NCBI GenBank assembly: GCA_964597895.1
Contig: CAZQZS010000004.1
Coordinates: 10,955-74,954, forward strand
Source: an uncultured Candidatus Saccharibacteria bacterium
Lineage (GTDB): Bacteria > Patescibacteriota > Doudnabacteria > UBA920
Direction: 5' to 3'
DNA: 64,000 nt
Shown here: positions 27,638 to 36,106 of the stretch, piece after piece
Numbering within the stretch: the first letter of the stretch is position 1
How the letters are laid out: every line of letters starts with the position of its first letter
The notes under the pieces: generated by a model
The model's database searches: none
What the model saw: the letters and a program-made list of their open reading frames with translations, nothing else
What the model was told of the DNA's origin: nothing
Translations under genes and position numbers: made by a program

Positions 27638-29485
27638 TTAGAGCACCATTGGTTCACCTTTCGGGAAACCATCCAAATCCGCAGCCGGCATATACAGCAC
27701 TGGGAAAACATTTAAACCCCTAGCCAAATAGAATGCTTGATTGATTGGGTGTAGAGTCCCACTCACAGCCCAATACACAGTCGGGTTCTCCTGCGTTCGG
27801 ACCAAAGTACCATCCGGTGGTGCTAGAAAACTGCCTATAACCCAAGAATTTACTTCGCGACTATTTAGGGTGAACACATTAGAAAATGACAACCCACGCA
27901 ACTTAAAAACCGGACCAGTCACTGGCAACCGCAAGCCGCCTTCCATGTAATAAACGGTTGGGCTCTCTGCGGTCTTTACTAAAGTGCCGTCAAGTGGGGC
28001 TGCAAAAGTTCCTTCTGGGAAATTTTCCACCTCAGAAAAGAAAATTGGTTTAGGTACCACCCCCCGAAAGCGTTGGTTCTGCACAAACGCCGAGATGCGC
28101 TCGCGGCGCCCGCCGTTAATTAAATAAATTTCGTTACGGCTCTCTTCTATTCTCACCACATCTCCATCTTGAATACCGTTGAGCTCCCGTTCAATGCTCT
28201 TGGCGACGTTGATTCGGCCGCTGCCCAAAAAGCCGGTGCAGGAAGCGCCGCCGCATTGAACCAGATTCAGCTGATCAATCTTGTCGGCGCTGGCAATAAT
28301 GCGGTCGCGAATCTGCCGATTGGATGCTGTCGGATTGAGCGTGCGCAATAACGCAGCTTGAGCGCTCACATAAGGAACAGCCAAAGAAGTTCCAGATGCG
28401 TATGCATAAGCGTCTGGTGCCAATTGGCCAGTGGCTGGATCATGATTAATAGTAGATAAGATTCTGCGGCCTGGCGCGGTTACATCAACGCAAGCTTTGC
28501 CATAGTTGGCGAAGTCTGGTTTTAGATCATTAACATCAGTCGCTGTCACACCGATAACCATATTGAGGCCGTTATCGTTGCAAATTGGAAACACAGGCTG
28601 TAGGTCTAAATTGCCGCCAGTGATTGCTACATCATTTCCGGCTGCAGACAGAATGACAACGTTTTTTTCGTAAGCATAAGTAATCGCGTTAACCAAAGTT
28701 TTCTCGTGAGAGAATCCGATACCGCCGAGCGACATATTGATGATGTCTGCACCGTTATCGGTGGCCCAAACAATGGCCTGCGCAATTCGGCTAGCGCTCC
28801 CGCTGCCACGCGTATTGAGAGCTTTAATGGCCATAATGGAAACGCTTGGGCTTGCTCCGACAATACCAGTTTTATTATTAGCTGTGGCCGCAATTACTCC
28901 GGCAACCAAAGTACCATGACCATTATCATCGCTATTTTGTGATGGCCGGACAACCCGATCGTTTATAAAATCATAACCTCGCACAAAATTAGTATCTTCA
29001 AAATCTTCGTGGCTGGCATCCACGCCCGTATCAATCACAGCAACTACGATATCGCTGCTCCCGGTCGTTTCTCGCCAACCCTCAGGAAATTTTGCTTTAG
29101 GCAAACCCCACTGCTTATCTATATTTGCTTGATTGGTTGTATAACCGGGATCATTAGGAGCCTTTGATAATTCGTTGATACTGACAGAAAACTCCTTGTC
29201 TGCTTCTAAATACTCAAAACTACCAGCCAATCGCTTGCTTAATTCTGCTTCTGGTAAAACGGACTTAAACTCATAAATATTGGCAAATTCTGAATTATCA
29301 CTGAAGCCAAACTGCTGACTGATGTCATAACCAACGCTTGATAACGCCTCTGAGCCTTGACTGTACAGCTTGATAACATAGCTATATTCCTGCTCCGCGG
29401 AAACAGAATGCGGGTAGACCAAAACTGCTGCCAAAAGCAGCAGTGGCAACCCTCCCCAGGCGATGAGTTTTTGAAACACAAACAT
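27638..29485 (-). CDS. S8 family subtilisin-like serine peptidase, secreted, with C-terminal repeat modules
   Basis: Catalytic triad contexts VVAVIDTGVD (Asp), HGTLVAGVIAA (His), GTSLAVPYVSAQAALL (Ser). Signal peptide starts at MFVFQKLIAW. Confidence 0.85.
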   Translation of the reverse strand: MFVFQKLIAWGGLPLLLLAAVLVYPHSVSAEQEYSYVIKLYSQGSEALSSVGYDISQQFGFSDNSEFANIYEFKSVLPEAELSKRLAGSFEYLEADKEFSVSINELSKAPNDPGYTTNQANIDKQWGLPKAKFPEGWRETTGSSDIVVAVIDTGVDASHEDFEDTNFVRGYDFINDRVVRPSQNSDDNGHGTLVAGVIAATANNKTGIVGASPSVSIMAIKALNTRGSGSASRIAQAIVWATDNGADIINMSLGGIGFSHEKTLVNAITYAYEKNVVILSAAGNDVAITGGNLDLQPVFPICNDNGLNMVIGVTATDVNDLKPDFANYGKACVDVTAPGRRILSTINHDPATGQLAPDAYAYASGTSLAVPYVSAQAALLRTLNPTASNRQIRDRIIASADKIDQLNLVQCGGASCTGFLGSGRINVAKSIERELNGIQDGDVVRIEESRNEIYLINGGRRERISAFVQNQRFRGVVPKPIFFSEVENFPEGTFAAPLDGTLVKTAESPTVYYMEGGLRLPVTGPVFKLRGLSFSNVFTLNSREVNSWVIGSFLAPPDGTLVRTQENPTVYWAVSGTLHPINQAFYLARGLNVFPVLYMPAADLDGFPKGEPMVL

Positions 29486-29486
29486 G

Positions 29487-30212
29487 TTACTTTTTGTATT
29501 GTCCGGAAAGAGAACGTAATTTAATCTTAAACAAATCAAATAAAGATTCTATATAAGCTTTAAGTGGCACATGACCGCCGCCGTGTTCTGTCCAGGATAC
29601 GCCAACCTCTTTGATCTTATATCCGCGGGCCAAGGCGATGGTTAAAACTTCCATATCAAAACCCCAGCGCAAAACTTTTACTAAAGGAAAAATTTCCTTG
29701 GCGGCTGTATTAGTAAACGCCTTAAAACCCAATTGTGTGTCTTTGATTCCAGGAACAGCCAAAAATTGAATCAATAGATTGCTAAGCCGGGAAAGTAAAA
29801 TTCTGTAAAAAGGCTGCTTAACTTTTACCAAATCGGGGTTAGTATAACGAGAGCCGATGACAACGTCATAGCCCTTATCAAAATAAGGTAAAAACTTTTC
29901 TATCTCTGAAATCGGAGTAGCATTATCAGCGTCCATAAACATCACTACATCACCGCTAGCTTTCTCCAAAATACCGCGGCGCACAGCATTACCCTTACCG
30001 CCTTCTTTTAGATTCATGGCAATGGCTTTTTGGACAGTGGTCTTTTCTAACTCTTGGACCACTTCAAAAGTTTTGTCTTTGCTATTGTTGACTACGACTA
30101 CGATTTCATAATCGTAACTTTGTTTCTCTAGGTACCCATCAATGTCTTTGAGGGTTTCGGCGATACGCTTTTCTTCGTTATACGCCGGAATCACGACAGA
30201 CAGTTTTTTCAT
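29487..30212 (-). CDS. glycosyltransferase family 2 (polyprenyl-phosphate sugar synthase, Dpm1-like)
   Basis: VVIPAYNEE...DADN, soluble GT2 fold, 241 aa. Confidence 0.8.
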   Translation of the reverse strand: MKKLSVVIPAYNEEKRIAETLKDIDGYLEKQSYDYEIVVVVNNSKDKTFEVVQELEKTTVQKAIAMNLKEGGKGNAVRRGILEKASGDVVMFMDADNATPISEIEKFLPYFDKGYDVVIGSRYTNPDLVKVKQPFYRILLSRLSNLLIQFLAVPGIKDTQLGFKAFTNTAAKEIFPLVKVLRWGFDMEVLTIALARGYKIKEVGVSWTEHGGGHVPLKAYIESLFDLFKIKLRSLSGQYKK

Positions 30213-30245
30213 AGAATTTACTTAATTTTCTTAATTATACCATGG

Positions 30246-30319
30246 AAAAATTAAAAACCCTGTTTCGCCTAAGGCTACGCAGGGTAAATAAAAGACGGTC
30301 ATGATTGCTCATGACCGTC
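30246..30319 (-). terminator. tandem terminator hairpins after 331-aa gene
   Basis: Perfect 11-bp palindrome GACGGTCATGA-ttgc-TCATGACCGTC (30294-30319) and ACCCTG...CAGGGT (30257-30285), each followed by T-runs on the minus strand. Confidence 0.6.
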
Positions 30320-30341
30320 GGTCCAAAATGAAAAGTTTAGA

Positions 30342-31337
30342 CTACCATCGACGAGGACGAACCGGAGTCGGCGATCCCGTTGTTGGGGTCGCCTTCACTG
30401 GTTCTATCTTCCCGCAGTGCTTACATCCGCCACGGATGTAATAACCTGCGAGGAACGCTCCTGCGATGGCAATGGGAATTACCCATTTCCACCAGCCAAG
30501 CCCCTTCTTAATAACAGAATGGGCCCATACAGCATAGTCGCATCCGTTAGTGTAAACCACAAGCGATGTAACCTTGGCGGTTGTGTCCGGAATGGACATC
30601 AGCGCCAAGATCCGATCTGCCGTCTTCGCGTCCAGCTGTTGGCGAATCACCTCTGCTGGATTAAATCCTTTTTTGTTATGAACATCAAGGATTCGCGCGG
30701 AAGCGCCAGGACGACAGGTATTGTCGATCGGCGGCAAAGGTTCTCCTGGAATCTCGATAATCTGAGGCTCCGGGACCGGGTAATGGCATTCCTTGCGACC
30801 ATCTTGACGAGTAGTCACCGTCCAATCAGACGGGACATCCTCGATGGCCAGTGGAATGTTTACGCAGAGTTCTTTAACAACTCGCGGACGTTCGATAGTA
30901 GGTTTACGGACCAATTTGATACGATTGTAATAAACTTTTCCGTTTTTGAGGCAACCCTCAAGGTACGCCTCATCCCACTGGAACCCGTTCGGGAAACGAA
31001 TCACGGCTTTACCGTGAAGCTTTCCCTTACGAGCCGAGCGACCAAATTCATTCCAGAACTCAGCCCCTTCAATCCCGAGCTCTTCAGCCGTCATCCGGCC
31101 CCAACCATCGAAAAACTCAGGGTCTTTCGGATTGTACGCCGGAAGCGTAAAGATATTAAGCGGAGCAGTCTCACCAGTTAAGCTGTAGCGACCAAGTCCG
31201 CGAGGATCTTCTTCATACCGCTGCCGAGTTGTGCCGTTACTGCGCTGTGCCCAGATGTTAGCCGGGCAAACGATAACGGCGACGATGGTTAATATCAAAA
31301 CGTAAGCCACTTGGGCTTGTACTTTTTTCATCATCAT
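30342..31337 (-). CDS. hypothetical secreted protein with C-terminal TM anchor and Cys/Pro-rich tail (GC-rich island)
   Basis: Signal peptide MMMKKVQAQVAYVLILTIVAVIVCPANIWA; C-terminal WKWVIPIAIAGAFLAGYYI...CKHCG. Confidence 0.45.
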   Translation of the reverse strand: MMMKKVQAQVAYVLILTIVAVIVCPANIWAQRSNGTTRQRYEEDPRGLGRYSLTGETAPLNIFTLPAYNPKDPEFFDGWGRMTAEELGIEGAEFWNEFGRSARKGKLHGKAVIRFPNGFQWDEAYLEGCLKNGKVYYNRIKLVRKPTIERPRVVKELCVNIPLAIEDVPSDWTVTTRQDGRKECHYPVPEPQIIEIPGEPLPPIDNTCRPGASARILDVHNKKGFNPAEVIRQQLDAKTADRILALMSIPDTTAKVTSLVVYTNGCDYAVWAHSVIKKGLGWWKWVIPIAIAGAFLAGYYIRGGCKHCGKIEPVKATPTTGSPTPVRPRRW

Positions 31338-31347
31338 TTGCGCCCTC

Positions 31348-32085
31348 CTATGGCGTACGTTGCGCGAGCAGTTCCTGCCCGCCGGTTAGGATGTTCTTCT
31401 TTTGAAGAGCATCCATGGTTACGAGCAACTTCATCAGTTGCTCTGCGCGATATTGAACATTGCTTTCTGCGGGCAACACCACAGCGTTGCCGTAAGGAAG
31501 CAGTTCACCAAAGTCTCCACCGGACAAAATTTCAACCTTTCGCGGCCGATAGCCGTAAAAGTTGCTTTCTTGAACAGCGAAAACTCTAGTTCCCAAACCT
31601 TTCCAAACCACCTCTTTACCCACATACATCCAAGCTTCGGTCGTAACCTCCACCTGAGCGACGCGGATTCGTGGCTCTTGAGTATAAGCCTTGCTAGTTC
31701 TACGAATTGTTGAACGCACCCGAGAGGGCACACGACGAGCAACTTCTTCAACAGCGACTTGAATGCCGCTGCGGATCAGTTGCGGCTTGAGTCCGTCCTG
31801 ACCGCGTTCTGTTCCCAGAGTGCGAATCCTAGTTCGAACAACCAATTTCCGTTCCGAAATTCCTGCAGCAGGGACGAGGCAGTAATTTGCCGACGGGTCT
31901 TTGAAATCAAGGTTGAGAACTGCCGCGACGAATCGCTCAGCCTCAACATTGTTCCTAAAACCAGTTGGGCGGATTTCCACCCCGACAGCTGCCTTGTCAG
32001 CACATACATCACCGCCCAAGATTTGGGCAGAAACAAAGCTGGGAATAACCAAAATGATTGCAACCAACAACATTAAACTTTTCAT
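31348..32085 (-). CDS. hypothetical secreted protein (GC-rich island)
   Basis: Signal peptide MKSLMLLVAIILVIPSFVSA. Arg-rich. No recognisable domain. Confidence 0.45.
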   Translation of the reverse strand: MKSLMLLVAIILVIPSFVSAQILGGDVCADKAAVGVEIRPTGFRNNVEAERFVAAVLNLDFKDPSANYCLVPAAGISERKLVVRTRIRTLGTERGQDGLKPQLIRSGIQVAVEEVARRVPSRVRSTIRRTSKAYTQEPRIRVAQVEVTTEAWMYVGKEVVWKGLGTRVFAVQESNFYGYRPRKVEILSGGDFGELLPYGNAVVLPAESNVQYRAEQLMKLLVTMDALQKKNILTGGQELLAQRTP

Positions 32086-32410
32086 TACTATTAGTCCTCC
32101 TCGACTATTTTCAAAGATCTGTTTGTCTAGACTATACCGCGGATCAGCGGTTTTTTAAACAGCTGAATGGCGCGATGCCAGACATGTTTCTACCCTTTTC
32201 CGGCCTGACTGTAGTTAAATACCAGGGGAAAAGAGTATAAATATGCCTACCAAATCCTTTTTGGTTCGATTTTCCAGCAAAATCATGGTGCTTTACCATG
32301 ACTGCATATATTAACATATTTTATGCCTTTTGTCAAGCCTACTGTAATAAACTCCATTATTTAAGAAATCCAGCCAAAATGGCTGGATTTCCAAATTTTC
32401 ACTAACTAAT

Positions 32411-32477
32411 AATGTCATTTCGGAATGATTCCGGAGCCCGCGCAGCAGAGGCGAGGACTAATGAAGAAATGACATTG
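32411..32477. repeat. palindromic element R9 related to the R-family (AATGTCATTTC...GAAATGACATT perfect 11-bp terminal inverted repeats)
   Basis: Internal GGAATGATTCCGG near-palindrome and an AGCCCGCGCAGCAGAGGCGAGGA core resembling the R6 core. Confidence 0.6.
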
Positions 32478-32484
32478 TTAGTTA

Positions 32485-33879
32485 TTACCTTTCAGTTTGG
32501 GTAAGTTTAGCGTAGATAACCAATCTTCGATCAATAGTACCAACCGGCCAACAAGTAGATAAAGCCACTTGAGAATCTGCTGTGCTTACGAACTGGGCCT
32601 GATCATCAGCGCGATATTCTCCCCGACCAGTTACCACATAATTGTAACGGACTTGCTGACCATTATTTTGAGTTGCAGTGATAGTAAAGGAAGTACCATC
32701 AGCAACTTGTCCAAGTGAAGCAAAAATTTGCTTGTAGGGGCTACGGTCCCAAAGGTAACCGCTAGAGTGTCCAGATATATAACTTAAGCCGACTTCGCCT
32801 GGCATCGCTGTACCCGGATAATGAACAATGCCTTTCTTTAAGTCAGCGTCAAAATCTTTGACTTCTTTGGTCCAGATGATCGGCACCGAAATTCTGTTAG
32901 CAGGGATTTCTAATAGCCCTGGCTTGCTCGTATCAATCGCTTGATCAGGACGAATCTCCGGCGCAGTTGGAGTTGTCGGTACCGAGCCTCCGCCCCCTGC
33001 AGAGTTACCGCCGGATGAAGGTGGAATCTGCGGCGGAGTTACGACCGTACTACCACTGTTAGTCATCTCTTCTAAAGTGTTCGGATCTATGTAGTACGGG
33101 GAGTCATCGGTAACATACTGAGCAAACTTGGTAACACCGCGAGTGATCGCAGCCGCGGTGATTCGGTTGCTGATTAGTTCTTTGTAAATATATCTTTCAA
33201 CTAAAGCTTGCTGCTTCTCTGTAAACGGCTGTCCTGTCCACGGATTAATTCCATCAATCACCATCTGACCGTCGCCGACATTACCCTGCGTTGAGTAAAC
33301 TTTAGGGTTAAGATTGAGCATGTACTTTTCTAAGTTGGATAAGCCATTACCCGAGACGTCAGCATCCATGCTGATGATTGAAGCGTCATTAACATCCACG
33401 AAAAACTGTCCGATCCACACTTGATAATCATCGCCTACATCCTCTTTGAGCTGTTCAAGATTTTTATCGCGGTCCTCCGCGGTTAAGGATTCTAATCGCA
33501 AAGAATCGCCGAGCAAATTTTGGAAACTGAAATCACTAAAATAGTAAAAGAACAAACCGAGTCCAATCAGAAAAATTGCTAAGTAAGGAAGAATACTAAG
33601 CACCACGCGCGTTACGCTGCGGCCGGCAGCAGGCTGGCTTAAATCTGGCATGGCGCGCAACTGTTCTACAGACAGTTCCTCCACATCCTGCTCAGCAGGA
33701 GTTAGCTCAGCAGGAAGCTGGTTAGGTTCTGCCACTGGCAAATTAGCTGGTGGCGCTTCGGTTTTTTCCGCCACTTCTTTGGGCTCAACGATCGGCTCTG
33801 CTTGTTCGGGAGTCTTATCCATACCAAACAGGTTTTCAATGCCTTCGCTGGCGTTTAATTTTTTCTTCTCGTCGGCCAT
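32485..33879 (-). CDS. sortase family transpeptidase with long N-terminal extension
   Basis: C-terminal catalytic domain with His (SYISGHSS) and Cys (ALSTCWP, the TLxTC motif). TM at roughly residues 95-115. Confidence 0.75.
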   Translation of the reverse strand: MADEKKKLNASEGIENLFGMDKTPEQAEPIVEPKEVAEKTEAPPANLPVAEPNQLPAELTPAEQDVEELSVEQLRAMPDLSQPAAGRSVTRVVLSILPYLAIFLIGLGLFFYYFSDFSFQNLLGDSLRLESLTAEDRDKNLEQLKEDVGDDYQVWIGQFFVDVNDASIISMDADVSGNGLSNLEKYMLNLNPKVYSTQGNVGDGQMVIDGINPWTGQPFTEKQQALVERYIYKELISNRITAAAITRGVTKFAQYVTDDSPYYIDPNTLEEMTNSGSTVVTPPQIPPSSGGNSAGGGGSVPTTPTAPEIRPDQAIDTSKPGLLEIPANRISVPIIWTKEVKDFDADLKKGIVHYPGTAMPGEVGLSYISGHSSGYLWDRSPYKQIFASLGQVADGTSFTITATQNNGQQVRYNYVVTGRGEYRADDQAQFVSTADSQVALSTCWPVGTIDRRLVIYAKLTQTER

Positions 33880-33929
33880 AAGCTTATGTTAAGAAATTGC
33901 ATTCTACAATAATTTTAGCACAGGGTCAA

Positions 33930-34829
33930 CTATTTGCTCACGTAACGCTGCTCTTTCGGAAGCGTTGCGTTGCGGATGCTTTTTACTAAATATAATCCCC
34001 AATTGGCCACGAAAACAAATGGGTCCATAAGATGATAATACTTCTTGCTGTACCACTTCTTGTAATAGATCCAATTGGCCTGATAAAAAGCCTTGAGCAT
34101 TTTTTGCGGAGTCTTCTTGGTGGACTGGCCGCGATAATGCCAGCAAATAGTTTTCGGGTACCACCAAACTTTGAAACCGGCTTCACGAATCTCTCTACAC
34201 AAATCTAGATCTTCGGCATACATAAAATAGCGCTCGTCAAAACCACCAACTTTGCGGTAAGCAGAGCGACTAATCATTAAGTAGGCACCACTGCAAGAGT
34301 CAATCTCGCCTTGCAGATTTGGGTCAGAACTAAGTAGATTGTATCCGCCAAACCATTTTGGGAACAAAGTCTGCAGACCAAACAGCCTAAAAAATGAACG
34401 GATTAAATTCGGCTCTGCCCGGCGCGAGGCGGGATCTATTTCACCGTCGCCTTTGAGTAGCTTGCAAGTCGCGGCACCAACATCCGGACGATTCTGCATG
34501 AACTCTAGCATAACCTGCAAATTATCTGGCTCAAGCTTAACATCAGTGTTAAGCACTAACAGATATTCACCTTGGGCTTGTTTGAGCGCCACATTATGGC
34601 CTCGGCCATAACCCGCATTGGAGTCATTGATGATTAATTTCGTTTTGGCAGCGATTTCGGGTCTGTTTAAATAATTCTGCCTGATGAACTCTACTGAGTC
34701 GTCCGGCGATTGGTTATCAACAATCAAAACTTCATAGTCAAAAGTAACTTGAGAGTTGTAGACTGAGTCTAAAGCAGTAGCGATAACATCGCGAGCATTA
34801 TATAGCACAAAGCTAATTGATAATTTCAT
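33930..34829 (-). CDS. glycosyltransferase family 2
   Basis: ISFVLYNAR...VDNQSPDDS...NTD, DxD-containing GT-A fold. Confidence 0.8.
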   Translation of the reverse strand: MKLSISFVLYNARDVIATALDSVYNSQVTFDYEVLIVDNQSPDDSVEFIRQNYLNRPEIAAKTKLIINDSNAGYGRGHNVALKQAQGEYLLVLNTDVKLEPDNLQVMLEFMQNRPDVGAATCKLLKGDGEIDPASRRAEPNLIRSFFRLFGLQTLFPKWFGGYNLLSSDPNLQGEIDSCSGAYLMISRSAYRKVGGFDERYFMYAEDLDLCREIREAGFKVWWYPKTICWHYRGQSTKKTPQKMLKAFYQANWIYYKKWYSKKYYHLMDPFVFVANWGLYLVKSIRNATLPKEQRYVSK

Positions 34830-35830
34830 ACCAATAATTTCTCCATCTGTTTTGCTGAAATTGTCCGCTGGGATTTTATAAACTGCCGCTTCTTCCAGAT
34901 CAATGGCAACTGTCTAAACAATAGCGGCAGTACCTTCAGAGTTTTCACCTCAAATACCAACACAAATAAATTATAAAAAAACTCCCGAGCAAAAAACTGC
35001 CAATACCAACGAGGGCTATTCTTGATAAACATGAATAGGTGATTTTTATAATTCCATTGTAAAATTTGAGCCGGCATACTGCGGTGATGTTTGATAAATT
35101 GCCAAAGCTGGAAGTAGCCGCCTGGACTGGAGCTGGCAGTGCGCCCATGATAAGCCAATGCTCTAGGCGCGTATTTAATCTTCCAGCCGCGGTTGATCAT
35201 GCGCCACGATAAATCAATATCTTCCCAGTACATAAAAAAGTCTTCATCAAAATATTCTATACGGCCGTCTGGACGTGGGTACTTTACGTCTTGCAACGCT
35301 GTTTTGCGATACATTGCTGCCGCACCGCTAACTGCGATTAAATCGGTTTGGTTATCGTACTGACCATTATCAACTTCGTGTTGACCACGATCCCGGCCTC
35401 GGCCAGATTTAGAGATGACTACTCCCGTTGTATCTATCTGCTGGGTAGGTTGGTTGTTTTCAAAATCGTAGCGCAGCAACTTACCGCTCACAGCCCCAAC
35501 CTCTGAATCAGCAAATGGCTTTAACATTTCTTCCACGAAAGTCTCTGTAATAATTAAATCCGGGTTGATGAGTTGAAAAAAATCTACGTCCAAATCTTTG
35601 AACAAATCATTGTGACCTTTGGAAAAACCGATATTGTATCCTGGGTCAATAATCTTTACTTCGGGAAAATGTTGTTGAATATAATCTTTGGCTCCATCCT
35701 GATTAGAAGCAATGACAGCATAAAACTCGCAATCGTTGTGCGTCTGCTTTAAAGCCGCAGGAAAAACCTTCGGGATAAACTTCATTGAATTATAGACAAC
35801 CTGAACCAAAGCCACTTTTTGTCTAGGCAT
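34826..35830 (-). CDS. glycosyltransferase family 2 (rhamnosyltransferase-like)
   Basis: VALVQVVYNS...DED, GT-A fold. 4-nt overlap with the downstream GT2. Confidence 0.7.
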   Translation of the reverse strand: MPRQKVALVQVVYNSMKFIPKVFPAALKQTHNDCEFYAVIASNQDGAKDYIQQHFPEVKIIDPGYNIGFSKGHNDLFKDLDVDFFQLINPDLIITETFVEEMLKPFADSEVGAVSGKLLRYDFENNQPTQQIDTTGVVISKSGRGRDRGQHEVDNGQYDNQTDLIAVSGAAAMYRKTALQDVKYPRPDGRIEYFDEDFFMYWEDIDLSWRMINRGWKIKYAPRALAYHGRTASSSPGGYFQLWQFIKHHRSMPAQILQWNYKNHLFMFIKNSPRWYWQFFAREFFYNLFVLVFEVKTLKVLPLLFRQLPLIWKKRQFIKSQRTISAKQMEKLLV

Positions 35831-35884
35831 AACCGTATTTTATCAGACTTTGCCAAACGGTCATATTGCTCCAGCAAAACCAGC

Positions 35885-35913
35885 TTGCTCAAGCACAACC
35901 AGCCTTGTATAAT
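35885..35913 (+). promoter_or_regulatory. sigma70-like promoter for rfb operon (-35 TTGCTC, 17 nt, -10 TATAAT)
   Basis: Consensus -10 with optimal spacing, about 22 nt upstream of the first ATG. Confidence 0.45.
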
Positions 35914-35935
35914 CTAGAACACTAAGGAGGTGACT

Positions 35936-36106
35936 ATGAAAAAGGTTCTAAGGCTTGTGCTACTCGTAGTGTTATTTCTAGCCAGCTGCGCGGGAATGGA
36001 ATCTTGCGATAATTGGCTTAAAGAAATCAATAAACCAAGTAATTTCCAGGCGGATGAAAAGGCGAATCTTTCGCCTTTTTTGTTTGGGAATGGTTTGTTA
36101 AAATGA
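35936..36106 (+). CDS. small putative lipoprotein (56 aa), unannotated in ORF table
   Basis: SD TAAGGAGG 5 nt upstream of ATG. Signal peptide plus lipobox LASC. Stop overlaps the rfbBC start (ATGA). Confidence 0.45.
   Translation: MKKVLRLVLLVVLFLASCAGMESCDNWLKEINKPSNFQADEKANLSPFLFGNGLLK

Noticed and set aside
30417-31181. 254-aa plus-strand ORF antisense to the 331-aa secreted-protein gene.
   Set aside because: R/S-rich low-complexity translation, no start context. It overlaps the minus-strand ORF that has a clean signal peptide. Long antisense ORFs are expected in this GC-rich island.
32350-32385. 10-bp-stem hairpin AAATCCAGCC-aaaat-GGCTGGATTT as a terminator.
   Set aside because: No convincing T-tract on either strand. 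It lies in the AT-rich gap downstream of the sortase gene, so its function is unclear.
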